This document shows, in pieces, positions 13,395 to 22,071 of a DNA stretch of 50,132 nt. Position numbers and translations under genes: made by a program. Within the stretch, counting starts at the first letter, position 1. Every line of letters begins with the position of its first letter. The notes beneath the pieces are model-generated. The model did not search any database. It saw only the letters and a program-made list of their open reading frames with translations, and was not told where the DNA came from. This DNA is from a virus. Where the stretch lies: the IMG/VR virus record IMGVR_UViG_3300025897_000002, one strand, 5' to 3'.

Positions 13395-15796
13395 TGGCTA
13401 TTATTGAAAACGAAGAGACCCCAGAGAACCCTGTAGGGATGGCTGCTGAAGTCCAAGAAGAGGTTCTTCCGGAGGATATGATTTCGGAAGAGAACGAAGA
13501 CGGCAGCATTTCCTTCTTTGTCGAGGAAGAGCCCAAAGAAGAAGACGTTCCCTTCGACGCCAATCTTGCTGAATTTATAGATGAAACTTCTTTAGGTGCT
13601 CTTTCCAATAAACTTATTGGTGATGTGCGCGGAGACTTGGACAGTAGGTCAGATTGGGAAGAGACCTACAAAAGGGGTTTGGAGTCTCTTGGTATTAAAT
13701 ACGAAGACTTTCGAGACTTTCCCTTTGAGGGCGCGAGCAGCGTAACGCACCCCTTGTTGGCTGAGAGCGTCACTCAGTTTCAGGCTCAAGCCTACAAGGA
13801 GCTTCTGCCTTCGGGTGGCCCTGTCCGTACTCAGATTCTTGGGACGACTACTCCGGAAGTAGAGGCTCAGGCAGACCGTGTCGCTGAGTTTATGAACTAT
13901 CAAGTTACGGTAGAGATGAAAGAGTACGATCCAGAAACGGATATGATGCTTTTCTATCTTCCGTTGAGCGGCTCTGCATTTAAGAAGGTCTACTATGACC
14001 GCGCTCTGGACCGCCCGGTCAGCAAGTTCTGCCCCGCTGAAGACATTATTGTTCCCTATGGAACTACGGACATTCAGACGGCACAGAGGATTGCTCAGCG
14101 CATTAGTATGCCGCTGAACGAATTAAAGAAGCTGCAATTTATAGGGTTCTATCGTGACGTTGAGGTTCTTGCCTCCGACAACGTCATTTATGGAAGCTCG
14201 ATCCGCGAACAAGAAGATGAGCTTGAGGGCGTCCACCCAAGTTATAGCGACGAAAACCTTACGGTCTATGAGCTTCACGCATTTATTGATCTTCCTGACT
14301 TTCCTCACCGCGACAACGAGGGTGAGGAGACCGGGATTGCCCTGCCGTATATCGTTACGATAGATGACGGATCGGGGAAAATTCTTAGTATTCGCCGGAA
14401 TTACTACCCAGAAGATCCGTTTACTAAGATAGAATACTTTGTTCACTACAAGTTCTTGCCCGGACTTGGCTTCTACGGATTTGGTTTGCCCCACATGATC
14501 GGTGGGTTAGCCCGTGCCTCAACTAGCATTCTTCGCCAGCTAATAGATGCCGGGACGCTAGCTAATTTGCCCGGAGGGTTTAAGCAACGCGGAGTGCAAC
14601 TCGCGGAAGAAGAGAACCCAATCAGGCCGGGAGAGTTTAGGGATATTGACGCGCCGTCTGGTCTTCGGGATGCAATTATGCCGCTCCCGTTTAAGGAGCC
14701 AAGCCCGACCTTGTTGCAACTTCTTTCCTTGCTGGTTCAAGACGGACGTAGGTTTGTGTCCCTCGCGGACCAAAACCTTAGCGACATGAACAACGAGACC
14801 CCGGTGGGAACCACGGTGGCTTTGATTGAGCGCGGCTCTCGCGTGATGTCTTCTATTCACAAGCGTTGCCATTATGCTCAAAAGCAAGAGTTTATTCTTC
14901 TTGCAGACATTCTAGGTCGATACCTCCCTCCGGAGTACCCTTACAGCTTAGGCAACGTAAATCGCTTGATTAAATCTGCGGACTTTGATGGCCGTGTTGA
15001 TATCATTCCGGTTTCTGATCCTAATATTTTCAGTATGTCTCAGCGGGTTGCGCTAGCCCAGAACCAACTGCAATTGGTTCAAGCTAACCCGCAAGTTCAC
15101 GGCGAGAAGGGTATCTACGAGGCTTATCGTCGAATGTACGAGGCTTTGAATGTAAGAAACATTGAGCAGCTTCTTCCGCCGCCTCCACAACCGCAACCAA
15201 AAGATCCTGCTATTGAAAACAACGACTTCACAAGGGGTCTAATTGGTCAGGCGTTCGAGGGTCAAAATCACGATGCTCACATCAAGGCTCACATGGCCCT
15301 TATGGTCCTCCCGGTAGTTCAGACTAATCCGACCATTGTTGCCAACGTCAATGCACACATCATGCAACACCTTGGTCTAAAGGCTCGTGAGGTCGTGACC
15401 AGCACCATGATGGAGCAAGTGGTTCAGCTTATGCAATCTCAGGGGGGTGTTATCGCTCCTGAGCAACAAGCTGCTCTTGCTAGCGAAATTGAGGATCGTA
15501 TCGCTGAGGTCGTAGCGACAATGACAGAGGGCTTTGCTCAGTCTCAAGAGCCGGAAAATCAGAAAGACCCCTTAGTTGCAATTCGAGAGCAGGAGGTCGC
15601 TTTGGCCGCTCGCAAGTTGCAGCTTGAAGGAGAGAAATTTAAGCAAAAATCCTCCCTTGAAAGTTCTAAAGCTGCCGCTCAAAATATAGTGGACATTGCC
15701 CGTGTTGAGGCTCAAAACAGGGCTATAACTGAGCGAAGCTCAATCGCAAGAGAGCGGATTGCTGCAAATCTAGTCGGCAAAATTGGTCGGCGTTAG
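13394..15796 (+). CDS. portal protein (800 aa)
   Basis: Large protein immediately after terL, acidic N-terminus, size and position typical of podovirus portals. Confidence 0.8.
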   Translation: MAIIENEETPENPVGMAAEVQEEVLPEDMISEENEDGSISFFVEEEPKEEDVPFDANLAEFIDETSLGALSNKLIGDVRGDLDSRSDWEETYKRGLESLGIKYEDFRDFPFEGASSVTHPLLAESVTQFQAQAYKELLPSGGPVRTQILGTTTPEVEAQADRVAEFMNYQVTVEMKEYDPETDMMLFYLPLSGSAFKKVYYDRALDRPVSKFCPAEDIIVPYGTTDIQTAQRIAQRISMPLNELKKLQFIGFYRDVEVLASDNVIYGSSIREQEDELEGVHPSYSDENLTVYELHAFIDLPDFPHRDNEGEETGIALPYIVTIDDGSGKILSIRRNYYPEDPFTKIEYFVHYKFLPGLGFYGFGLPHMIGGLARASTSILRQLIDAGTLANLPGGFKQRGVQLAEEENPIRPGEFRDIDAPSGLRDAIMPLPFKEPSPTLLQLLSLLVQDGRRFVSLADQNLSDMNNETPVGTTVALIERGSRVMSSIHKRCHYAQKQEFILLADILGRYLPPEYPYSLGNVNRLIKSADFDGRVDIIPVSDPNIFSMSQRVALAQNQLQLVQANPQVHGEKGIYEAYRRMYEALNVRNIEQLLPPPPQPQPKDPAIENNDFTRGLIGQAFEGQNHDAHIKAHMALMVLPVVQTNPTIVANVNAHIMQHLGLKAREVVTSTMMEQVVQLMQSQGGVIAPEQQAALASEIEDRIAEVVATMTEGFAQSQEPENQKDPLVAIREQEVALAARKLQLEGEKFKQKSSLESSKAAAQNIVDIARVEAQNRAITERSSIARERIAANLVGKIGRR

Positions 15797-15810
15797 TACA
15801 GGAGTTGAAG

Positions 15811-16002
15811 ATGGTAGACACTGGTTTGAAGGGCACAATGCCCAAAAGTCCGAAGGGTGTTGACAACACCATGAAGGTTGAGCGTCAAGGGGAAGTCCCG
15901 TATAGCCCTCCTTTGAACACAAAGGCTGGCCCTGCTCCTAAAACCGTTATGGCTCGTGGCCGGGGCGCTATGGAGCGTATCCTTCCCACAAAGATTGCGT
16001 AA
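15811..16002 (+). CDS. small virion-module protein (63 aa)
   Basis: GGAG 6 nt upstream of ATG 15811 (the track ORF starts at TTG 15805). Confidence 0.55.
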   Translation: MVDTGLKGTMPKSPKGVDNTMKVERQGEVPYSPPLNTKAGPAPKTVMARGRGAMERILPTKIA

Positions 16003-16007
16003 GACCA

Positions 16008-16400
16008 ATGATTGCTCTGTTTGGCAAAATGATCGGAGGCCCGATAGTCTCCAAGGTATTTGAGACTGGCGTTCGATACTTTGAAAAGCGCCAGGAAATT
16101 TCTGAGGCCAAGCATAACGCACGGATGCAAGTGGAGGCCAAAAAGGCAACCGCTGACATAGACTGGGATCAAATTATGGCCCAGAACTCTTCTAAAAGTT
16201 GGAAAGACGAGTTGCTGACGATTTGGGCCGTAGTTGTAATGTCTTTAGTGTTTCTTCCTTGGACTCAAGAGTGGGCTCTCAATGGTCTGAGAGGGCTGGA
16301 AGAGGCTCCTGAGTGGTTTACCATTTTAATTTTTACTGTTTTTGCGGCTAGTTTTGGCGTCAGGGACTTGATTAAGACCAAACTCGGCGGGAAAAAGTAA
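16008..16400 (+). CDS. membrane protein, tentatively holin-like (3-TM, gene-transfer-agent-type pattern)
   Basis: Charged helical N-half, SWKDELLTIWAVVVMSLVFLPW and WFTILIFTVFAASFGV hydrophobic segments; functional call is weak. Confidence 0.5.
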   Translation: MIALFGKMIGGPIVSKVFETGVRYFEKRQEISEAKHNARMQVEAKKATADIDWDQIMAQNSSKSWKDELLTIWAVVVMSLVFLPWTQEWALNGLRGLEEAPEWFTILIFTVFAASFGVRDLIKTKLGGKK

Positions 16401-16405
16401 ATAAA

Positions 16406-16573
16406 TTGATTACTAGAGATAAAGAAGAACTCCAGAAGACCATCGATGATGAAATTGGGTCTCTGAGAAAAGACTACTATGAGTGCCTCATCAGAGAGGC
16501 AGAACTCAAGATAAAGATTGTGGAGCTTGAGGAAAAAGTAGTCGAATTGTTAAGTCGCACAAGTATCCACTAG
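16406..16573 (+). CDS. possible 55-aa coiled-coil protein (TTG start), not in the ORF track
   Basis: Open frame with heptad-like sequence LIREAELKIKIVELEEKVVELL; no ATG and a weak RBS. Confidence 0.25.
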   Translation: MITRDKEELQKTIDDEIGSLRKDYYECLIREAELKIKIVELEEKVVELLSRTSIH

Positions 16574-16593
16574 TTTGAACTACTTGTAGCGTC

Positions 16594-16621
16594 TTGACAC
16601 AACTTTAAAAAAAAATATATA
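16594..16621 (+). promoter_or_regulatory. near-consensus sigma70 promoter (TTGACA, 16-nt spacer, TATATA) with an A9 tract in the spacer
   Basis: TTGACA 16594-16599, TATATA 16616-21, A9 at 16607-16615. Lies in a 76-nt gap before the 16650 gene. Confidence 0.55.
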
Positions 16622-16649
16622 GAAATACAGTCTTAATACAGAGGCTGTA

Positions 16650-16847
16650 ATGGATGCGATCCTACTCGCGGAGGGCCTTTATCGGTTCTTACGCAAAGAG
16701 CGCGACTCACAGGTTGATTACCTGTCTGCGGGTAACGCTAAGTCTTACGACGCCTATCAGTGTGCAGTTGGCAAGATTAGAGCCTTCGAGCTTACTGAAG
16801 GTTTTATTAAAAAAGAATTCAAACAACTTGATGAAGAGGACGAGTAA
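16650..16847 (+). CDS. hypothetical protein (65 aa)
   Basis: GAGG before the ATG; TAATG overlap with the next gene. Confidence 0.7.
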   Translation: MDAILLAEGLYRFLRKERDSQVDYLSAGNAKSYDAYQCAVGKIRAFELTEGFIKKEFKQLDEEDE

Positions 16848-17269
16848 TGGCGGAAGCTGCCGTTAATATTAAGGAATCTGCTCCGGACGTTCACATTAAT
16901 GATCCGGACGTTTCACCCCCCACAGGAAGCGCCTTAGACCGCCTACCGACTCCTACCGGTTGGAGGATGGTTGTCTGGCCCATCGTTCCTAAAAAGAAAA
17001 CTGACGGGGGTATACTGCTTCCAGACTCCACGAGGGACAAAGAGGCTTACTCTTCTGTTTGCTCTAAAGTCCTCAAAATGGGCCCGCTTTGCTTTAAAGA
17101 TCCTGAAAAGTTTGGCGAATCTGGGTCTTGGTGCGAGACAGGAGACTACGTCATTACTGCCCGGTATTCCGGCTCTCGCTTCAAAATTGATGGTGCAGAG
17201 CTAAGAATTATTAACGACGACGAAATCCTTGCTGTCGTGCAAGACCCCAATGACATCAAACACGCTTGA
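16847..17269 (+). CDS. GroES/Cpn10-like co-chaperonin with a roughly 40-aa N-terminal extension
   Basis: KKKTDGGILLPDSTRDK...GDYVITARYSGSRFKIDGAELRIINDDEILAVV parallels GroES (T.GGI.LPD...K...GD.V.f..y.G.e.k.dG.e.li....DILAv). Confidence 0.7.
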   Translation: MAEAAVNIKESAPDVHINDPDVSPPTGSALDRLPTPTGWRMVVWPIVPKKKTDGGILLPDSTRDKEAYSSVCSKVLKMGPLCFKDPEKFGESGSWCETGDYVITARYSGSRFKIDGAELRIINDDEILAVVQDPNDIKHA

Positions 17270-17276
17270 GGAACCC

Positions 17277-18131
17277 ATGAGTTTAGCCAACCCCAACGAT
17301 GATTCAGAAGATCAAGTCGAGGACCAAGAAGAGGCCAATGAGGCCGAGGAGCAAGAAGCCCAAGAGGGGGGCGATGACGAGCATGAGCAGTACAGCGCCC
17401 GTGTTCAAAAGCGAATAAACGAGCTTGTTGGGCGAGCCAAAACCGCAGAGGAAAGAAACCAGCGGCTGTCTCAGGAGAAAGACGATGCATACAATTATGC
17501 TCGCGGCCTTATTGCGGAACAGCAGCAATCGCAAACTCGGATTAAAACGGTGGAGCAGGGCTATGTGGCTGAGCTTAACCAACGTCTTGGGGCGGAAGAA
17601 GTATCGCTAAAAGATCAGTTGAAGTCTGCCTACGAAGGCGGGGATTACGATAAGGTTGCTGAGATTACGTCGTTAATTGCAGACGTTAGCGCTCAAAAGG
17701 CTAGGGCAAAGTCCCTTACTCCTGTTAATAGAGCGCCACCCCTGACTCAAGAGGTTCCTCAGCAAGTCCAGCAGTCTCGTCCTGACCCCCAGGCCCTTGA
17801 TTGGGCTGGGCGAAATCCTTGGTTTGGCCGTGATTCTGCTATGACTGGGGCTGCTCAAGCAATCGACCACGAGCTTGTTTCGCGGGGGGTGGACCCGTCC
17901 TCTGAGTATTACTACCAAGAGATTGATCGGAGAATGCGAGAAGAGTTTCCGCATAAATTCGACAAATCCAAGCCCATGACGCAAAGCGTCGCTGGGGTAA
18001 GCCGAAGTCCAACTAACTCAAAGAATAAAAAAATGACGCTAACTGATAGCGAGAGAGGCGTGGCCCGACGCCTTGGAGTCAGCGACGAGCAATACATGAA
18101 AAGTAAGTCAGCCTTGCAAAGGAACGCATAA
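17277..18131 (+). CDS. scaffolding protein (putative)
   Basis: GAGGA RBS; acidic N-terminus, Q/E-rich coiled coil; position between portal and capsid genes. Confidence 0.65.
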   Translation: MSLANPNDDSEDQVEDQEEANEAEEQEAQEGGDDEHEQYSARVQKRINELVGRAKTAEERNQRLSQEKDDAYNYARGLIAEQQQSQTRIKTVEQGYVAELNQRLGAEEVSLKDQLKSAYEGGDYDKVAEITSLIADVSAQKARAKSLTPVNRAPPLTQEVPQQVQQSRPDPQALDWAGRNPWFGRDSAMTGAAQAIDHELVSRGVDPSSEYYYQEIDRRMREEFPHKFDKSKPMTQSVAGVSRSPTNSKNKKMTLTDSERGVARRLGVSDEQYMKSKSALQRNA

Positions 18132-18592
18132 TGGATCGCACGCCTAGAGAAGACAAAGCCAGAAATAAGAAACCCCGTAGAAAGTCATGGGCCCCAGCGT
18201 CTTCTCTTGACTTGCCAGAGCCACCAGAAGGCTACAAATACAGGTGGATTCGTGAGTCTGTTATGGGATATGATGATAAGAACAATATGTACAAGAGAAA
18301 ACGGGAAGGTTATGAGCCTTTAAGGGCTGAAGAAGTCGCCGGTTTTGATGTACCTATTGTTGACGAAGGCAAGTACGCAGGGCTTGTTGGGAATGGTGGG
18401 CTAATTGCTCACAAAGTGCCTGTGGAAATCGCTGAAGAGCGGGACGAATACTTCCGTCAGCAGACGGACGGACAGATGGAAGCGGTCGATAACGACTGGA
18501 TGCGCGATAATGATTCGCGGATGCCCAAGCTATCTCCTGAGCGAAAAAGCTCAGTCTCTTTTGGCCGAGCTAGGTCAAATAACGAAGATTAA
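18131..18592 (+). CDS. head-module protein, unknown function (153 aa)
   Basis: TAATG overlap with the scaffold gene; conserved-looking WIRESVMG...EGYEP core. Confidence 0.7.
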   Translation: MDRTPREDKARNKKPRRKSWAPASSLDLPEPPEGYKYRWIRESVMGYDDKNNMYKRKREGYEPLRAEEVAGFDVPIVDEGKYAGLVGNGGLIAHKVPVEIAEERDEYFRQQTDGQMEAVDNDWMRDNDSRMPKLSPERKSSVSFGRARSNNED

Positions 18593-18613
18593 CTCATCAA
18601 GTAGGAGGCCATA

Positions 18614-19177
18614 ATGGCTAATCAGGACGCATCCTTCGGGTTCATGCCTGTTGCGAAGACGGGCTCTAGCCCCGATTCCTCCGGTTATTCTGAGTATGGC
18701 ATTTCTAGCGGTTATGCGACTGCAATTTTCCAAGGCGACCCCGTCATTATGACTGCGTCTGGTGTTGTTGCTGTTGCTGCTGCTGGCAATCGTCTTCTCG
18801 GAGTGGCTGGGGGTGTATCGTACACAGACCCAACATCCGGAGAACCAACCTTCTCTAACCAATATCCGGGCGGTGTAGCCGCTGCGGACATCAAGATTCA
18901 GGTTTATGACGACCCGGATCAATTGTTCAAGGTTCAGTCGGCAGGAACTGTCGCTACTACGAACATCGGTAACAACGCGGATCTTTCGTATGTAACCGGC
19001 AATAGTAAGTCTGGGGTTTCCAAGGCAGAGCTTAGCGGCACCATGGCAGCGACGGGCGCACAATTCCGGATTATCCGAGTGTCTAATGATCCCGAAAACA
19101 GCACCACAGGTTCGGCAAATGCCAACGTGATTGTTCGTATCGACGAGCACTTCTACGGCACCGAAACTGGCGTGTAG
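18614..19177 (+). CDS. putative capsid decoration/cement protein (187 aa)
   Basis: AGGAGG RBS; immediately upstream of the major capsid gene; beta-rich G/A/S/T composition. Confidence 0.55.
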   Translation: MANQDASFGFMPVAKTGSSPDSSGYSEYGISSGYATAIFQGDPVIMTASGVVAVAAAGNRLLGVAGGVSYTDPTSGEPTFSNQYPGGVAAADIKIQVYDDPDQLFKVQSAGTVATTNIGNNADLSYVTGNSKSGVSKAELSGTMAATGAQFRIIRVSNDPENSTTGSANANVIVRIDEHFYGTETGV

Positions 19178-19189
19178 GGGGAATGACAG

Positions 19190-20092
19190 ATGGCTATTTC
19201 ACGCGCTCAACTTGCTAAAGAACTGGAGCCGGGACTCGCGGCTCTTTTTGGAATGGAGTACGACCGCTACGATCAAGAACACGCCGAGATCTTCGAAACG
19301 GAGAGTTCGGATCGTGCTTTTGAAGAAGAGGTCATGCTCACTGGCTTTGCCACTGCACCGACCAAGGCAGAGGGTAGTTCGCTTACGTTCGACACTGCCA
19401 CGGAAGCATACACTGCACGGTACTCACACGAGACCATTGCGCTCGCTTTCGCTCTGACCGAAGAGGCCATGGAAGACAATCTTTATGATCGTCTTGGCGC
19501 TCGTTATACGAGGGCTTTGGCTCGCTCGATGTCTAACACCAAACAGGTGAAAGCAGCGAACGTGCTTAACAACGGCTTCAGTGTTGCTGGTGGGGACGGT
19601 GTTTCTCTTTTGAACACTGCTCACCCCCTGGCTTTCGGTGGCACCTTTGCTAACCGTCCGACAACTGATGCGGATCTGAATGAGACCTCTCTTGAGGACG
19701 CCCTCATCAGCATCTCAACATTTGTTGACGAGCGGAACCTCAAGGTGGCTCTGCGCGGCATGAAGCTAATCGTGCCTCCGCAGTTGGTCTTTGTGGCAGA
19801 ACGTCTGTTGGAATCGCAGCTACGCCCAGGCACGGCTGATAACGATATCAACGCCGTCCGGAGCACAGGTATGATTCCGGAAGGTTACACGGTCAACCAC
19901 TTCCTGACCGACAGTGACGCTTGGTTCGTTAAGACCGATGCGCCCAACGGCTTTAAGAACTACCAGCGTTCGCCTCTCCGCACTTCGATGGAAGGTGACT
20001 TCACGACTGGTAATGTTCGCTTCAAAGCCCGCGAGCGTTATAGCTTCGGTTACAGCGATCCTCGCTGTGTCTTTGGCACAACTGGTGCCTAA
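19190..20092 (+). CDS. major capsid protein (putative HK97 fold, 300 aa)
   Basis: Position after scaffold and decoration genes, size, followed by a strong terminator hairpin; N-terminal MAISRAQLAKELEPGL... typical of about 300-aa capsid families. Confidence 0.7.
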   Translation: MAISRAQLAKELEPGLAALFGMEYDRYDQEHAEIFETESSDRAFEEEVMLTGFATAPTKAEGSSLTFDTATEAYTARYSHETIALAFALTEEAMEDNLYDRLGARYTRALARSMSNTKQVKAANVLNNGFSVAGGDGVSLLNTAHPLAFGGTFANRPTTDADLNETSLEDALISISTFVDERNLKVALRGMKLIVPPQLVFVAERLLESQLRPGTADNDINAVRSTGMIPEGYTVNHFLTDSDAWFVKTDAPNGFKNYQRSPLRTSMEGDFTTGNVRFKARERYSFGYSDPRCVFGTTGA

Positions 20093-20099
20093 TGTTACT

Positions 20100-20122
20100 G
20101 GGGGGCTTCTGGCCCCCCTTTA
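20100..20122 (+). terminator. rho-independent terminator/attenuator after the capsid gene
   Basis: GGGGGGC (20100-20106), loop TTCTG, GCCCCCC (20112-20118), then TTT. Confidence 0.6.
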
Positions 20123-20207
20123 ACTTTCCGGGTTAACCCCACCCTGAGAGACTGTCCCGGCAGACGCTCACAAGACTTTCAGGGGAACCCTTTGTGAGGA
20201 GGTAATA

Positions 20208-20945
20208 ATGGCAGTTCATTTCACAGGCCCGATTCTGCACGCGGGCGTAAACACCAGTCGGAAATGGTTTAAGAACCTACCGGCATCGGTAAACCCCGAC
20301 TATCTCATCACGATGGATGATTTTTCGGGAATTGCTCTTGATTCGACCAATGACTGGACGGTTGTAAAAGACTCTGGGGCTACGGCTGCTCTTGGCGCAG
20401 ACGCTGAGAACGGAACCCTTGTCCTTACTTCAGCCAACACTACAGACAATGATGGCGCTTCTGTTCAGGGCAACGAGATTTTCGCTGTCTCCACAGGTCG
20501 TGATATTTGGTTTGAAACCAAGTGCTTTGTCACAGATGCCGAAGGAAGCGCAATCGAGCTTTGCGTCGGCCTTACGGTAAATTTTGCAACCAATCCTGAA
20601 GCTATGCTTACCGCAGCAGACCGCATTGTTTTCCAAGTGGACGACGGCGATCAAAACATCGACTGCGTCACTGAAAAAGATGGAACGGAAACCAGAACGG
20701 ACTCAACCATTGACATTGTCAGCGGCACTTATGTGACCCTTGGCTTCCGTGTTCAGGGCCCGTCCAGCGATGCTGGGTCTACGGGTAAGGTGGAGTTCTT
20801 TGTTAACCGCAACTTGGTTGCAACCCACACCACCAACATTCCTGACGATGAGAATCTCACCGTTGGCGCAATGTCACTTAGTGGGAGCGCAACTGGTCAG
20901 AAGTCGTCTACGTTTGACTATCTGCTCGCCGCTCAAGACCGGTAG
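20208..20945 (+). CDS. virion structural protein (245 aa, beta-rich, jelly-roll-like by composition)
   Basis: GAGGAGG RBS; located in the head module. Confidence 0.7.
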   Translation: MAVHFTGPILHAGVNTSRKWFKNLPASVNPDYLITMDDFSGIALDSTNDWTVVKDSGATAALGADAENGTLVLTSANTTDNDGASVQGNEIFAVSTGRDIWFETKCFVTDAEGSAIELCVGLTVNFATNPEAMLTAADRIVFQVDDGDQNIDCVTEKDGTETRTDSTIDIVSGTYVTLGFRVQGPSSDAGSTGKVEFFVNRNLVATHTTNIPDDENLTVGAMSLSGSATGQKSSTFDYLLAAQDR

Positions 20946-20955
20946 GGGATGACCA

Positions 20956-21114
20956 ATGGCTCTTTCTCTCAAGAAAAAGTCTGACAAAGGGGGGGCTGAA
21001 AAAGCCCCTCCTAAGTCATCGGCTAAAAAAAAGGCTGCGGCAAAAAAAGACCTTCCTCCCGCTCACAGCGCGGAATACAAGGCTCTTGTCCTTCGCGGTG
21101 AAATTGAGGAGTAG
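20956..21114 (+). CDS. 52-aa Lys-rich protein, not in the ORF track
   Basis: MALSLKKKSDKGGAEKAPPKSSAKKKAAAKKDLPPAHSAEYKALVLRGEIEE. AGGGGA RBS; its 3' end supplies the GAGGAG RBS for the next gene. Confidence 0.5.
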   Translation: MALSLKKKSDKGGAEKAPPKSSAKKKAAAKKDLPPAHSAEYKALVLRGEIEE

Positions 21115-21117
21115 ATC

Positions 21118-21780
21118 ATGGCTTACCAGTCATCCGATGTAAGGGCGGTATTCGCTACCGCTGATGCCGTAGCTGCTGACCCAGACGGCCTAGCGCAAAG
21201 CCAGACGCCCAGTGGTGCTGGCAATTTAACGCTAAACGGGGCTCTCACTAGTGGTGGTGTTGGTACTTTTGTTTCATCTCGTCAAATTACTATTACGAGT
21301 GCTGGCAACATATCCAACCGCACATTCACAATCACGGGAACTGACGTTTCTGGGGTTGCTCAAGTTGTTACGATTACCGGCCCAAATGCTGCGACGGTAA
21401 CAACCTCAGAACATTTTAGGACCGTAACGCAAATTGCAATTAGTGGCGCTGCCGCTGCTGCGGTCACCGCTGGTATGAACGGTAACGCTATTGAGGTTAT
21501 CACTACGGGCCGCGCCCGGATAAAGGGTGCCTTCATCGTTAACTCAGCGACTGCTGGAACTGTTTCCTTTGTTGACACAGCAACCCCGGATGCCACTTCG
21601 GCCACTGCTGATTTAATAACTGCGGCTACGCGGCTTAAACTTGGAACTGTCGCTAGTGCCACTGCTGAGCGTGACGTAACCATTCCCGGTGATGGTCTGG
21701 TCTTTATTAACAACGTCTATGTGTTTTACACTGCTGCGGCAGCGGTTCCGTGGACGAACATGACTGTATTCCTAGCTTAA
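21118..21780 (+). CDS. virion structural protein (220 aa, A/T/G-rich)
   Basis: GAGGAG RBS; structural operon context. Confidence 0.7.
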   Translation: MAYQSSDVRAVFATADAVAADPDGLAQSQTPSGAGNLTLNGALTSGGVGTFVSSRQITITSAGNISNRTFTITGTDVSGVAQVVTITGPNAATVTTSEHFRTVTQIAISGAAAAAVTAGMNGNAIEVITTGRARIKGAFIVNSATAGTVSFVDTATPDATSATADLITAATRLKLGTVASATAERDVTIPGDGLVFINNVYVFYTAAAAVPWTNMTVFLA

Positions 21781-21792
21781 CGGAGAATAGCA

Positions 21793-22071
21793 ATGAAGAT
21801 GAAAAAGCCTAAAAAAATGATGGGTGGCGGTTCCGCTCGTAAGAACGCTCCAAAAATGATGAAACGCGGCGGTAAGGTCAAAAAGATGGCTTCCGGCGGC
21901 GGTGTCTCGGGACGGACCATTTCAAATGCAGACATTGCGCGGGCATTGGGCGAGAGTGGTCGCACCATTAGTGCCAGAGACCGTGAGCGTATTAGGAAGG
22001 CTCTGATGCCAACAGCCATGGGCGAGAGTGGTCGCACCATTAGTGACAGAGACCGTAAGCGTCTGAAATAA
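21793..22071 (+). CDS. very basic 92-aa protein with three SGRTIS repeats
   Basis: GESGRTISARDRERI and GESGRTISDRDRKRL are encoded by a 42-nt direct repeat (21949-21990 and 22021-22062, 40/42 identical), plus VSGRTISNADI. Confidence 0.75.
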   Translation: MKMKKPKKMMGGGSARKNAPKMMKRGGKVKKMASGGGVSGRTISNADIARALGESGRTISARDRERIRKALMPTAMGESGRTISDRDRKRLK

